Assembly (NCBI GenBank): GCA_017473085.1
Contig: JAFUNF010000020.1
Coordinates: 21,523-85,522, forward strand
Direction: 5' to 3'
DNA: 64,000 nt
DNA from: Clostridia bacterium
GTDB taxonomy: Bacteria > Bacillota > Clostridia > Oscillospirales > CAG-272
Positions 1-9,552 of this stretch are shown in pieces. The notes beneath the pieces are model-generated. The model was not told the origin of the DNA. It did no database searches and saw only the letters and a program-made list of their open reading frames with translations. Position numbers and translations under genes: made by a program. Position 1 is the first letter of the stretch. The number at the start of each line of letters is the position of its first letter.

Positions 1-214
1 CGATAACGATTTCGGGGTGGTCACACACCAACGGCACTTCCTCGTCCTCGGGGTCGTTTTCCAAGGTGCTATCCGAGCTACCTGAGCCTGTATTATTAGA
101 AGGATTTGAGCTAACGGGTGGCTCCGTATTAAATATGTCAAGTAATCCGCACGAGGTCAGGGCTAATATTAGCATACAGACCAACGCGATCACAACAAAT
201 ATTCTTTTTTTCAC
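1..214 (-). CDS. Lipoprotein, N-terminal part only (gene runs off the window start)
   Basis: The minus-strand frame is open from position 1 to a GTG at 212-214, preceded by AGGAG (221-225). It translates as V/MKKRIFVVIALVCMLILALTSCGLLDIFNTEPPVSSNPSNNTGSGSSDS..., i.e. signal peptide, lipobox LTSC, then a Gly/Ser/Asn linker like the lipoproteins at 30.9-36.8 kb. It is absent from the ORF track because no stop lies in the window. Confidence 0.55.
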   Translation of the reverse strand, partial: MKKRIFVVIALVCMLILALTSCGLLDIFNTEPPVSSNPSNNTGSGSSDSTLENDPEDEEVPLVCDHPEIVI

Positions 215-340
215 GATTATCTCCTTTATATGTAGATACCAAATTATACAAATACATAATAATTATACACTCATTTTATTTCTTTGTCAATTATTGAATA
301 AAATTCCTTGTACTTTTAACAATTTTTGTGAAAATAGCAC

Positions 341-377
341 AAAAAAGAGGTAACTGAAATCAGTTACCTCTTTTTGC
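341..377. terminator. Intrinsic terminator hairpin downstream of sbcC
   Basis: GAGGTAACTGA/TCAGTTACCTC inverted repeat flanked by an A-run and a T-run (aaaaaagaggtaactgaaatcagttacctcttttt). Confidence 0.6.
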
Positions 378-385
378 GTAATTAT

Positions 386-3124
386 TTAAACTATTATTGT
401 TGCAGCACTTCCGCCGTGCTTAGATTTTTTAACAATAATCTGCTTGTCAATTCTTGCCTTTAGCTCGCTAACGTGGGAAATAATTCCAACTAAGCGATTG
501 CCGTCCGACAAATTAATAAGTGCCTTTATAGCTTGATTTAAGGACTCCTCGTCAAGCGAGCCAAAGCCCTCGTCAACAAACATAGTGTCAAGCTTAATTC
601 CACCTGCGCTGGATTGTACCTCGTCAGAAAGTCCAAGAGCTAAGCAAAGCGATGCCTTAAAGGATTCTCCACCCGATAAGGTTTTTACACTTCTTTCGCT
701 TCCATTACTATGGTCAATTATATCGAGCTCAAGTCCTACCTGTCTTGCCTTACTATTATCAACTCGTCTCTTAAGCTCGTACAAGCCATCAGTCATTGCA
801 AGCAAGCGACGGTTAGCACGAATAATAATTCTATCGAAATAATTCATTTGAATATAGGTTTCAAGAGCAAGCTTTTCCTTACCTGTTAAATCTCCCTTTG
901 CCGTATCTGACAGGGACTTAACCATCATAAGCTCCTTTTCCTTTTTTTCGATACTCTGTGCCACTTTTTCAATATTTTCAAGGGTTTGAGTATTTGAAAT
1001 AAGCCTTGCATTTACTTCCTTTTCTTGCTTATCAAGGACTCCTTCCTCTTCCTTTAGTCCTTCGATTGTTTCACGACTATCATCAAGGTTAACACCCTCA
1101 TCATCACCATTCAAAAGGCTTTCAAGCTGTTCAATCTTACCCTTTAGCTGTACAGTAGCTTCCCTTCTCTTGTTGTAGCTGTCTTCCTTTGCCTTGTAGT
1201 CGCTATCTATTTCTATTATTTTTTGACTAATGTCCTTAAGTAGCTGAGATACCTCGTTTTGGTCCTTGCTTGTCAATTCCTTTTCAATCTCGACTAGCTT
1301 ATTTTCTCCATCCCTTTTACTGCTTTTGCCTGTTTCTAGCTTAACAAGTAATTCCTTTGCCTCGTTTTCAAGGAAGGTGATTTGCTTTTCAAGTGTAGGA
1401 ATATTTTTTTCAAGTTCTTCTTTTCTGTTAATTTTTCCATCGACCAGCTTTATTTCAAGGTCAATTTTTGAAATTTGCTCAGCGGTACTAGTCTTAGACA
1501 AATCAAGGCTCTTGTCAAAGGCTTTCATTTCCTTTTCAAGTGTAGCGTTTTTTTCCTCAAGCTTTGCCTTAATGCCTGAGCATTCCTCGCTTTTTTGCTT
1601 TGTCTTTTCTTGGCTAATTTGCCAAAGCTCTCTTTGATTATTTATCTCGGTCTCACTAGGTGGATTTGTAGAAAGGTTAGCAAGCTTAGGGTGTGAAATT
1701 GAGCCACAAACTGGACACTCCTGCCCACTTTTTAGCTCCTTTGCCAAAAGTCCTGCCTGTGCATCAAGAAATGCTCTATTCATTTTAAGATAGGTTTCTA
1801 CTGCCTCGTCCTCTAGGACCTTTAGCACCTCATACTCTGCTTGCTTGTACTCAAGTGTCTTTTTCAAGTTCTCGATTTCCTCTTTGTCCTTTAGCAATGC
1901 ATTAATTTTTTCTAAGGACCTTTCCTCGTCCCTTTTCCTTGCTAAAAGCTGTTGCTTTTCAGCAAGCGCACCCTCAAGGGATTTACTTTCGTCCTTAGCC
2001 TTATTATAGCTATCCTTAGCACACTTAATCTCGATTTCAAGCTCCGATTGCCTTTTACTATTTTTTTCTATTTCAAGGTTAAATGTATCTATTTGTCCCT
2101 TTATAGCTACTCGACTCTCGTGCTTTTTTAGCTCGTTTCTTAGTTGCTCAGCCTTTACGTTAAGGTCAGGGATAGTATCCTTGTCCACCCTTGCAAGCTT
2201 GTAGATTTTTTCTAACTCGCAAAGCTTGTTTTCTTCAATAGGCAAATCTTTTTTAAATTGCTCAAGGCTAGCCCTTGCTTTTTCCTTTTCAAGTATTTTT
2301 CCATAAAGCTCGTTTGCCCTTGCAAATCTTTTGGCTACCTCGTTTTTCTTTGCCTTTAGCTCGCTTTCCTTTTCCTTGTCCTGTGCAATAATTTTCTTAA
2401 GTAATGCCAAAACGTCATCGGTTAGCATTTCCTTATTTTTAGCAAGGACTGATAAGGGGTAAAGCTTACTATCTAGGTCACAGCTAATACCACTTATGTA
2501 TTGCTCGATACTTTGTCTCGCACCCTTACAGCCACTTTCAAGCTCACTTGTCATTTGGCTAAGCTCCTTTTGAAGTGCCTCGTATGGCTCGGTTTTAAAG
2601 ATTTTACGGAAGATAGCGCGTCTTTCATCAGTTGATGCTAAAAGTAGCTTTAAAAAGTCCCCCTGTGCAATCATTGCAATTTGCAAAAATTGATTTCTGT
2701 TAATACCAATTATTTCAATTATTTTTTCATCAACCTGCTTTTGCACAGATATTATGCTTCCATCAGGCAAGTAAAGAGTAGCAGAGGGCTTTTCCTTAGT
2801 TGTTCCCCCACCCTTTTTTGCAGGACGCTCATACTCAGGATTTCTTTTTACTGTGTAGGTTTTTTCTCTGTTTACAAAGGTCAATTCAACGTAGGTTGGA
2901 GTTTCAAGGTCTGCATATTTCGACCTTAGCATTGAGCTTGCACGATTATTGCCACTTGCCTCGCCATATAGCGCATATACAATTGCATCAAAAATTGTAG
3001 TTTTGCCTGCCCCTGTGTCGCCAGTTATCAAATACAAGCCGTTATTTCCTAAGGCATCAAGGTCAAGAATTTGTTCCTTAGCGTAAGGACCAAAGGCACT
3101 CATTTTTATCTCTAGTGGTCTCAC
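386..3124 (-). CDS. sbcC: SbcC/Rad50-family DNA repair ATPase (exonuclease SbcCD subunit C)
   Basis: N-terminal Walker A GDTGAGKTT, very long coiled coil with a central CPVCG zinc hook, C-terminal LSGGE signature and Walker B MFVDEGFGSLD. The likely start is the GTG at 3122-3124 (VRPLEIKMSAFGPY), which overlaps the sbcD TGA stop as GTGA. The track ORF extends to 3139. Confidence 0.9.
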   Translation of the reverse strand: MRPLEIKMSAFGPYAKEQILDLDALGNNGLYLITGDTGAGKTTIFDAIVYALYGEASGNNRASSMLRSKYADLETPTYVELTFVNREKTYTVKRNPEYERPAKKGGGTTKEKPSATLYLPDGSIISVQKQVDEKIIEIIGINRNQFLQIAMIAQGDFLKLLLASTDERRAIFRKIFKTEPYEALQKELSQMTSELESGCKGARQSIEQYISGISCDLDSKLYPLSVLAKNKEMLTDDVLALLKKIIAQDKEKESELKAKKNEVAKRFARANELYGKILEKEKARASLEQFKKDLPIEENKLCELEKIYKLARVDKDTIPDLNVKAEQLRNELKKHESRVAIKGQIDTFNLEIEKNSKRQSELEIEIKCAKDSYNKAKDESKSLEGALAEKQQLLARKRDEERSLEKINALLKDKEEIENLKKTLEYKQAEYEVLKVLEDEAVETYLKMNRAFLDAQAGLLAKELKSGQECPVCGSISHPKLANLSTNPPSETEINNQRELWQISQEKTKQKSEECSGIKAKLEEKNATLEKEMKAFDKSLDLSKTSTAEQISKIDLEIKLVDGKINRKEELEKNIPTLEKQITFLENEAKELLVKLETGKSSKRDGENKLVEIEKELTSKDQNEVSQLLKDISQKIIEIDSDYKAKEDSYNKRREATVQLKGKIEQLESLLNGDDEGVNLDDSRETIEGLKEEEGVLDKQEKEVNARLISNTQTLENIEKVAQSIEKKEKELMMVKSLSDTAKGDLTGKEKLALETYIQMNYFDRIIIRANRRLLAMTDGLYELKRRVDNSKARQVGLELDIIDHSNGSERSVKTLSGGESFKASLCLALGLSDEVQSSAGGIKLDTMFVDEGFGSLDEESLNQAIKALINLSDGNRLVGIISHVSELKARIDKQIIVKKSKHGGSAATIIV

Positions 3125-4257
3125 TCTTCTCCCTCCCAAATTTTCTTAATCAGACTTGTAACAAGGCTTTTTTGCTCATCTGTCATTCCCTTATTGTTTT
3201 GACGAACGTAAAGCTCCTCAAATAGCTCAAGTGGTGTCTTGTCCTCAACGCAGGAGGCACTATCAATGTCAAGATTTTTCCTTGTTCTTGTGTTGTCGTA
3301 GTCTAACTTCATTAGATTTTTGTATATTACACGAAGCTTGCCTATTGCATCAGGCACGTCCTGTTCATCAGTAAGAGTTATGTGGACGTAGTCCGTTTGA
3401 TAGGTAGTGCCCTTGTAAAAATCTGTCCTTGTAAGGTCGTTATAAGTACCCTTTAATTCAGCCATATCGTGAAGTGGTACAAGTGGCTCTGTAATAATTT
3501 CCATCTCTCCCTTCTTGCCAAGGTCAATAATAGTTACGGATTTCTTGTCCTTAGCCTCGGAAAAGGAATACTTTAAGGGTGTCCCACAATATCTGATTTT
3601 ATCTATGCCACAGCTCTGTGGACGATGAAGATGCCCTAAGGCAACATAATCAAAATCCATAAGCACAGATGCATCTATATTATCAGTACCACCTATGCTA
3701 ACCTCCTCAGACTCAGACCTTTCTGCACCTGTTACAAGCTGATGGGAAACAAGAATATTTCTTTTTGTATTGTCGATTCCCATTTCATCAACTACATACC
3801 TTACAGCATCGGTATAGGTGGAAATTTCCTCCTCGCTTTCTCTTTTAACCATAATAGGCTTAATAAAGGGTAAAAGGTATATATTGACCTCGCCATGCTC
3901 GTCCTTTAGTGTAAAGGGCTTGATTTTTTCCTTATATGCAGGAGAAATATGTATGCCACTTTTATCAATCAAGCGAGAGGCAAAGGCAAGCCTTTCCTGT
4001 GAGTCGTGATTACCACCTATTATAAACACCTCTAAATTTCTGTTAGCAAGCTCCACTAAAAAGCTATCAAGCACCACGGTTGCCTCAGCCGATGGTACTG
4101 TTTTATCGTACACGTCCCCTGCGATTAACACTCCATCTGGGGAATGCTTATCAATTATTCTTAGAATTTGCTCTAATATGTATTTTTGGTCCTCAAGCAT
4201 CGAAAAATCGTTTACTCTTTTTCCTATATGTAGGTCAGATAAGTGAATTAGTCTCAT
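3121..4257 (-). CDS. sbcD: SbcD/Mre11-family nuclease (exonuclease SbcCD subunit D)
   Basis: 378 aa with calcineurin-like phosphoesterase motifs: MRLIHLSDLHIG, IAGDVYD, IIGGNHD, ALGHLH. It lies directly upstream of sbcC and is coupled to it. Confidence 0.92.
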   Translation of the reverse strand: MRLIHLSDLHIGKRVNDFSMLEDQKYILEQILRIIDKHSPDGVLIAGDVYDKTVPSAEATVVLDSFLVELANRNLEVFIIGGNHDSQERLAFASRLIDKSGIHISPAYKEKIKPFTLKDEHGEVNIYLLPFIKPIMVKRESEEEISTYTDAVRYVVDEMGIDNTKRNILVSHQLVTGAERSESEEVSIGGTDNIDASVLMDFDYVALGHLHRPQSCGIDKIRYCGTPLKYSFSEAKDKKSVTIIDLGKKGEMEIITEPLVPLHDMAELKGTYNDLTRTDFYKGTTYQTDYVHITLTDEQDVPDAIGKLRVIYKNLMKLDYDNTRTRKNLDIDSASCVEDKTPLELFEELYVRQNNKGMTDEQKSLVTSLIKKIWEGEE

Positions 4258-4366
4258 AGTCCTCTCCTTTTTTGGTCTTTATATTATTTTAGTATAAAAG
4301 GTATTATTTTTCAATATAATTTGCTTTTTTTAATCTTATATGCTAAAATATTTTTGAGGTGATATT

Positions 4367-4963
4367 ATGATAAAATGCTTTAGTGGTTATTTAAACTCAA
4401 ACGTATACTTGGTTTACGATAAGGGCGAGGGTATGATAATCGACTGTGGCTGTCCTGTAAACGAAATACAAGCAACTGTAAACAGGCTAAAAATTGAGGT
4501 AAAATACATCGTTCTTTCCCACGGACACTATGACCACGTTTGCTATATTAACGAGTATATAAATGCATTTCCAAACGCCACGCTATTTTGTCACACATAC
4601 GAGCTTAAGGTTTTAAGAGATATGGAGGCTAACGTTTCAGTGCTTTTTGGCGACCCCCGTGTCTATAATCAGGAGTTTTCCTTGCTTAACGAGGGCGATA
4701 CCTTAAGTGTTGGCGAGCTTAAATTTTCAATTCTTTTAACACCAGGGCACACTCCTGGCTCAATTTGTCTTTTGTGCGAGGACAAAAAAATCCTTTTCAC
4801 AGGAGACGTGCTATTCAAGGACGGTTGGGGACGTACCGATTTTAAATATGGCGATTACGAAAAAATGGGCTTGTCCCTTAAACGCCTTATGGGTCTTGAC
4901 CCTGAAATTGTTTTCTATTCAGGTCACGGTCCTGAATCTAAAATTAAATACGAAATATATTAA
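4367..4963 (+). CDS. MBL-fold metallo-hydrolase (glyoxalase II-like)
   Basis: 198 aa with an HGHYDH (HxHxDH) motif and TPGHTPGS. GAGGTG RBS 6 nt upstream of the ATG. Confidence 0.85.
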   Translation: MIKCFSGYLNSNVYLVYDKGEGMIIDCGCPVNEIQATVNRLKIEVKYIVLSHGHYDHVCYINEYINAFPNATLFCHTYELKVLRDMEANVSVLFGDPRVYNQEFSLLNEGDTLSVGELKFSILLTPGHTPGSICLLCEDKKILFTGDVLFKDGWGRTDFKYGDYEKMGLSLKRLMGLDPEIVFYSGHGPESKIKYEIY

Positions 4964-4990
4964 AAAAAGGTCGCGTGTGCGACCTTTTTA
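4964..4990. terminator. Bidirectional intrinsic terminator
   Basis: aaaaaaaGGTCGCgtgtGCGACCttttt lies between convergent genes. Confidence 0.7.
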
Positions 4991-5575
4991 TATACCTAAT
5001 AAGCCTGTTACAAAAATTTCAATTCCTATAAGAATAAGTATTACTCCACCTATTATAGTTGCCTTGCCTGATAGCTTAGTACCGAAGATTTTACCAAGGA
5101 ATAAGCCAAGCATACAAATAATAAAGGTAACTAAGCTAATTATAAGCACGGAAGCGAGTGCCATCTGCCAAGGATGCTCTGCTATTGTAAAGCCTACCGA
5201 CAAGGCATCAATTGAGGTTGCAATTCCTTGCAAAAGCAAGCCACCCATTCCTAATTTAACAGGCTCACATTCCTCCTTGTGCTTAATACCATCGTATAGC
5301 ATTTTGCCACCAATAATACAAAGCAGTATCAGTGCAATCCAAGGAATGAATTTTTCAAGCACCTGAAAATATTGAAGTACAGTGTGCACACAAACCCAAC
5401 CAATCATTGGCATAAGCCCTTGAAAAAATGCAAACACTCCTGCTATTCCGACCATTTTTCGATTTTTCATATTCTTTTCATTTAGTCCATTTGCCAGTGA
5501 CACAGAAAAGGCATCCATTGCTAAGCCACAGCCTAACAAAATGCTTTCCAAAAAGAACATAAAGCTCCAGTCCAT
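4988..5575 (-). CDS. mntP: Manganese efflux pump MntP family
   Basis: 195 aa and about 6 TM segments. N-terminal LLGCGLAMDAFSVSLANGL and a second half with IDALSVGF are typical of the MntP/YebN family. Confidence 0.85.
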   Translation of the reverse strand: MDWSFMFFLESILLGCGLAMDAFSVSLANGLNEKNMKNRKMVGIAGVFAFFQGLMPMIGWVCVHTVLQYFQVLEKFIPWIALILLCIIGGKMLYDGIKHKEECEPVKLGMGGLLLQGIATSIDALSVGFTIAEHPWQMALASVLIISLVTFIICMLGLFLGKIFGTKLSGKATIIGGVILILIGIEIFVTGLLGI

Positions 5576-5593
5576 TTTATAAGCTTCTCCCTT

Positions 5594-5827
5594 TTATTCT
5601 AATATTCCTAAAATTTTTTCAAGCACAGGTCTTGGGCAGTTACCATCACAAAGGCTAAGAGCCTCATTTTCTGTAATTTCCTCAAGCTTTTTGTCCTTTT
5701 CAAGAATCCAAGCAGATGAAGGGGACATTTCCCATCCACCATTTTTATACCAAACTGTTATTATAGAGTTTTTTCTTGCGTGGGCAAGGACCTCTCCTGT
5801 GTCAAGCTTAAAATATACTATTTCCAT
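5594..5827 (-). CDS. Small hypothetical protein (77 aa)
   Basis: AGGAG RBS (aaaaaggagtgtcttATG). Its stop is 18 nt upstream of mntP, so it is probably co-transcribed. I recognise no family. Confidence 0.55.
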   Translation of the reverse strand: MEIVYFKLDTGEVLAHARKNSIITVWYKNGGWEMSPSSAWILEKDKKLEEITENEALSLCDGNCPRPVLEKILGILE

Positions 5828-5962
5828 AAGACACTCCTTTTTATCGTATTACAATAATGCCATACTTTTACCGAAATTTCAATACTTTTTATGCCAAATC
5901 TTGATTTTAATAAAACATTATGATAGAATACAAGGGATTATTGTAATTATTTGGAGAGACCA

Positions 5963-6883
5963 ATGAACAAAAAAAGCATACTCGGTATTGTATTACTTTT
6001 AATAACTGCATTTATTTGGGGACTTGCATTTATAGCGCAAACTAAGGGCATGGAAAACGTTGAGCCCTTTACCTTTAGTGCTACAAGAATGTTGCTTGGT
6101 GGTATAGCTTTGTTACCCATGGTTATTTTTTTAGATTATCGCAAGCTAAAGAGTGCAGATAGTCACAAAGCATGGAAGCACAAAAAGGCACGCACTCGCA
6201 GTATTATAAACGGATGCATTATAGGTGTTGTTTTTTGTGTCGCTTGTAATTTCCAACAATTTGCCCTTGTGTATTCAAGTGCTGGCAAGGTGGCATTTAT
6301 TACCGCCTTTTATATGCTACTTGTGCCTATTTTTTCACTACTTTTACGCTATTACGTGCCACCTGTTTACTGGCTAAGCTCTGTAATCGGCTTGGCTGGA
6401 CTTTTCTTCCTTTGCGTAAAAATCAACAACTTCCAAGGCTTCAATCGTGGAGACGTTTATGCCCTTATAGGCGCTGTTTTCTTTGCTATACATATTTTAC
6501 TTATAGAAAGCTTTGTTAAGAACACAGATGGCTTAAGACTTTCCTGCACTCAGCTTTTAGTTGGTGGTATTATTTCACTTATTCCAATGTTTATTTTTGA
6601 AAATCCAAGCTGGCAAGCAATAGGTGGTGCTATTATTCCTATCATATATGCAGGAATATTCAGCTGCGGAATTGCCTATACTCTACAAATAATCGGTCAA
6701 AAATACGTTGAGCCATCAATTGCAACTCTTGTTATGTCAAGCGAATCTGTATTTGCCGTTATACTCAGTTCAATAATTCTTAAAGAAACCATGGACGTTT
6801 TCGAAATTATAGGTTGCGTTATAATGGCAATAGCAATCGTCTTGCCTCAGGTTTTCGAAATAGTCAAAAATCGAAAAGTATAA
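5963..6883 (+). CDS. EamA/DMT-family transporter
   Basis: About 10 TM segments in two EamA-like halves. The ATG at 5963 has a GGAGAG RBS; the track start at 5951 is a TTG. Confidence 0.85.
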   Translation: MNKKSILGIVLLLITAFIWGLAFIAQTKGMENVEPFTFSATRMLLGGIALLPMVIFLDYRKLKSADSHKAWKHKKARTRSIINGCIIGVVFCVACNFQQFALVYSSAGKVAFITAFYMLLVPIFSLLLRYYVPPVYWLSSVIGLAGLFFLCVKINNFQGFNRGDVYALIGAVFFAIHILLIESFVKNTDGLRLSCTQLLVGGIISLIPMFIFENPSWQAIGGAIIPIIYAGIFSCGIAYTLQIIGQKYVEPSIATLVMSSESVFAVILSSIILKETMDVFEIIGCVIMAIAIVLPQVFEIVKNRKV

Positions 6884-6911
6884 AAAAAGCAAGTCGAAAG
6901 ACTTGCTTTTT
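6883..6911. terminator. Bidirectional intrinsic terminator
   Basis: aaaaaaGCAAGTCgaaaGACTTGCttttt lies between convergent genes. Confidence 0.7.
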
Positions 6912-8724
6912 AACTTTGACTGGCTGAATGCATTTTATAAAATTCTCCACCTTTGTTAATCAACTCGTTGTAGATGCCCTCTTCAACGCACCTTCCGTCC
7001 TTTATAACTACTATCTTGTCTGCATTTCTGATAGTTGAAAGTCGATGGGCTACGACTATTGTGGTTTTATCCTTGGTCAAGCTATTTATTGCTCTTTGAA
7101 TTTCCCTCTCTGACACATTGTCAAGTGCACTTGTTGCCTCATCAAGAATAATTAAGCTTGGGTTTCTGATTATCGCCCTTGCAATAGAAAGTCTTTGTTT
7201 TTGTCCGCCTGAGAGGTTAGCAGCATGCTCGTCAAGTCGGCTGTCAAGCCCCTTAGGTAGCGACATTACAAAATCATACATTCGTGATGCCTCAAGGGCA
7301 TTTTTTATTTGCTCCTCAGTTACGTTTTCAATCCCATAGGTTATATTTTCCCTTATGGACCCTGCAAACATTACGCTATTTTGAGGCACTATTGAAATAT
7401 GCTTTCTGTATGTGGTCAAATCTATGTCCTCAATATTTTTTCCATCAACTAACAGCTCACCACTTTTTGCGTGAATAAAGCCAATAATCAAATTTATAAG
7501 CGTGGTTTTTCCAACTCCACTTTCGCCAACAAGTGCAACGGTTTGTCCCTTTTCAATTTTCAAGCTAAGGTCCTTAATAAGCATTTGTTCCTCATCGTAG
7601 GAAAAGGACAAATCCTTAAATTCAAGAGTTCCCTCTAAGCTTTCTATTTTTTCCTTGCCCTCATTTGCTTCAATATCGTTTGATTGTAAGATTTCGCCGA
7701 TAGAGGAAACGCTCTCTGCTCCCTTTGTAATTATTGGTAGCATACCGATAATCGAGGAAACCTGCCAAGTAAGAGTATTAAAGTATGTTTGAAAAAGAGT
7801 TATATCTCCTATTTCCTTAAGATACCCATTTATGTAAAGCAGGCTCGAGAAAACTAAGCTACCTAATTGAAACAATTGAATAGTTACCCACAAAAACGAG
7901 CCAAAATAAGCCTGTATCATATCTAAGCTAAAGCCAGAGTTTGCAACACTCGTTAAATGAGAGGTCATCTTTTTTACCTCTGCATTTTCAAGAGCATGTG
8001 CTCTTGTTATTTGCACCATTTCCTCCATATCATTAAGGCTTGCCGCAGTTTTTTCCGTATCCTTTCTTAAGTCAGCAGTAGCCTTATTTATTTTTTTGCG
8101 AAAGGCACGAACAAGGGCTACGTTTACAGGCACACACAAAAGGAAGAATAAAAGCACAATTGGACTTTTTGTAGAAATAACCACTATTGCCGTTATTATA
8201 TTTACTAAAACTGCGGGCAACGTAGTAACAAGCTGTGTTGACAGAGTGTGTACGTTTGCCACGTCATTCATAAGCTTAGATTGTATTCTACCACTTTGCA
8301 TTTCAATATGAAACGGAATTGAAAGCCTTTGGAGCTTTTTAACCATAGCACCCCTTAAGCCTGCCTCAACACGTCTTGTTGCCTTACTGTAAAGCCTTAC
8401 GTAAATAGCATTAGTCGGTATATTGATAACAAGCAAGGCACCAATAAATATAATATGAGAAATAATTGTTCTCATAGGGTCTGTGCCCTTTACTATATAA
8501 GCTTCAACTGCATTTATAATTTCAGCAATAACAAGAGGCATAAACAAAACAGGGGCTTGCTTTATTAGGTAAAAGAAAGCAGATAGCAAAAACTCCCTCC
8601 AATACCTAAGATACATCTTAAAAAGAAGTCTAATGGACTTTTTTCCCGTTTTCAAATATTCTTCAATAAGCTCATCCTCAAGGGTCTCAATTTCTCCTTC
8701 AGAAAACATTTGCTTTTTTGACAT
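6910..8724 (-). CDS. ABC exporter, fused permease/ATPase (MsbA-like)
   Basis: 604 aa with an N-terminal 6-TM domain. The NBD has Walker A GESGVGKTT, signature LSGGQKQR and Walker B LIILDEATSALD. Confidence 0.9.
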   Translation of the reverse strand: MSKKQMFSEGEIETLEDELIEEYLKTGKKSIRLLFKMYLRYWREFLLSAFFYLIKQAPVLFMPLVIAEIINAVEAYIVKGTDPMRTIISHIIFIGALLVINIPTNAIYVRLYSKATRRVEAGLRGAMVKKLQRLSIPFHIEMQSGRIQSKLMNDVANVHTLSTQLVTTLPAVLVNIITAIVVISTKSPIVLLFFLLCVPVNVALVRAFRKKINKATADLRKDTEKTAASLNDMEEMVQITRAHALENAEVKKMTSHLTSVANSGFSLDMIQAYFGSFLWVTIQLFQLGSLVFSSLLYINGYLKEIGDITLFQTYFNTLTWQVSSIIGMLPIITKGAESVSSIGEILQSNDIEANEGKEKIESLEGTLEFKDLSFSYDEEQMLIKDLSLKIEKGQTVALVGESGVGKTTLINLIIGFIHAKSGELLVDGKNIEDIDLTTYRKHISIVPQNSVMFAGSIRENITYGIENVTEEQIKNALEASRMYDFVMSLPKGLDSRLDEHAANLSGGQKQRLSIARAIIRNPSLIILDEATSALDNVSEREIQRAINSLTKDKTTIVVAHRLSTIRNADKIVVIKDGRCVEEGIYNELINKGGEFYKMHSASQS

Positions 8725-8843
8725 TTATCCACCCCCTTTTTATCAGTTGATATTTTATCATTTTCTATACAATATTGCAATACCATCTTGCAAAAATTAT
8801 CCGTTTGCTTTAGAATAGAAGTATAAACTGATAAGGAGTCTTT

Positions 8844-9509
8844 ATGAAAATACTATTCTTAGGCACAGGGGCTGCCGACTTTCCAAGTGAAAGGTGTGAG
8901 GGCTTTCGTCGTACCTCCTCTGCATTAATTGATGATACAATTTTGATTGACCCAGGTCCTTGGGTCCTTGATGCAATAGAGGAATACGGAGTAGATGCTA
9001 GCAAAATCAAATACGTTTTAGCAACACACCTACATAGTGACCACTTTAACAGGGACACCCTTAATTATCTTTTAGATAAGGGTGCTAAGTATGTTGAGCT
9101 ATCTCCTAAGGAAACCATAACCCTTGATAGCTACACAATTTTAGGACTACCCTCTAACCACACAGTGCCCTGTACTCATTTCATAATTGAAAACGAGGGC
9201 AAGCGTATGTTTTATGGGCTTGATGGTGCTTGGCTTATGTATGAAGCAGTTGATGCTATATGGAAAAAGGGCGTTGACTTAGCAGTTTTTGATGGTACAA
9301 TTGGCTTTGTAGAGGGGGATTGGCGAGTGTTTGAGCACAATAGCTTATCTATGGTGCTTGAAATGAAGAAAAGCCTAAAGGATAGCGTAAAGCATTACGT
9401 TGTAAGCCACTTAGCCTATACATTACACCCTGAGCACAAAATAGTAGAGGCTGAAATGAAAAAGCAAGGAGTTACCGTTGCCTACGACGGACTAACAATT
9501 GAATTTTAA
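8844..9509 (+). CDS. MBL-fold metallo-hydrolase
   Basis: 221 aa with a THLHSDH (HxHxDH) motif. AAGGAG RBS. Confidence 0.8.
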   Translation: MKILFLGTGAADFPSERCEGFRRTSSALIDDTILIDPGPWVLDAIEEYGVDASKIKYVLATHLHSDHFNRDTLNYLLDKGAKYVELSPKETITLDSYTILGLPSNHTVPCTHFIIENEGKRMFYGLDGAWLMYEAVDAIWKKGVDLAVFDGTIGFVEGDWRVFEHNSLSMVLEMKKSLKDSVKHYVVSHLAYTLHPEHKIVEAEMKKQGVTVAYDGLTIEF

Positions 9510-9513
9510 TATC

Positions 9514-9549
9514 AAAAATGCAAGGAGCGTGTCGCTCCTTGCATTTTTT
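9514..9549. terminator. Bidirectional intrinsic terminator
   Basis: aaaaatGCAAGGAGCGtgtCGCTCCTTGCatttttt. Confidence 0.7.
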
Positions 9550-9552
9550 GTT

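Noticed and set aside
585-3000. Plus-strand ORFs inside sbcC (585..842, 1266..1637, 2681..2929, 2800..3000)
   Set aside because: They are antisense shadows of the Glu/Lys/Leu-rich coiled-coil coding sequence (Ser/Phe/Leu-rich products). They lack RBSs and lie fully inside a well-supported gene.
4848-5366. 172-aa plus-strand ORF overlapping the MBL gene end and antisense to mntP
   Set aside because: The mntP reading on the minus strand has clear family motifs and TM periodicity. The plus-strand ORF crosses a strong bidirectional terminator, which is implausible for a real gene.
5828-5950. yybP-ykoY manganese riboswitch upstream of the mntP transcription unit
   Set aside because: mntP is preceded by a 77-aa ORF with only an 18-nt gap. 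The region upstream of that ORF is short and A+T-rich and lacks the conserved GGGGAGTAG-type riboswitch core.
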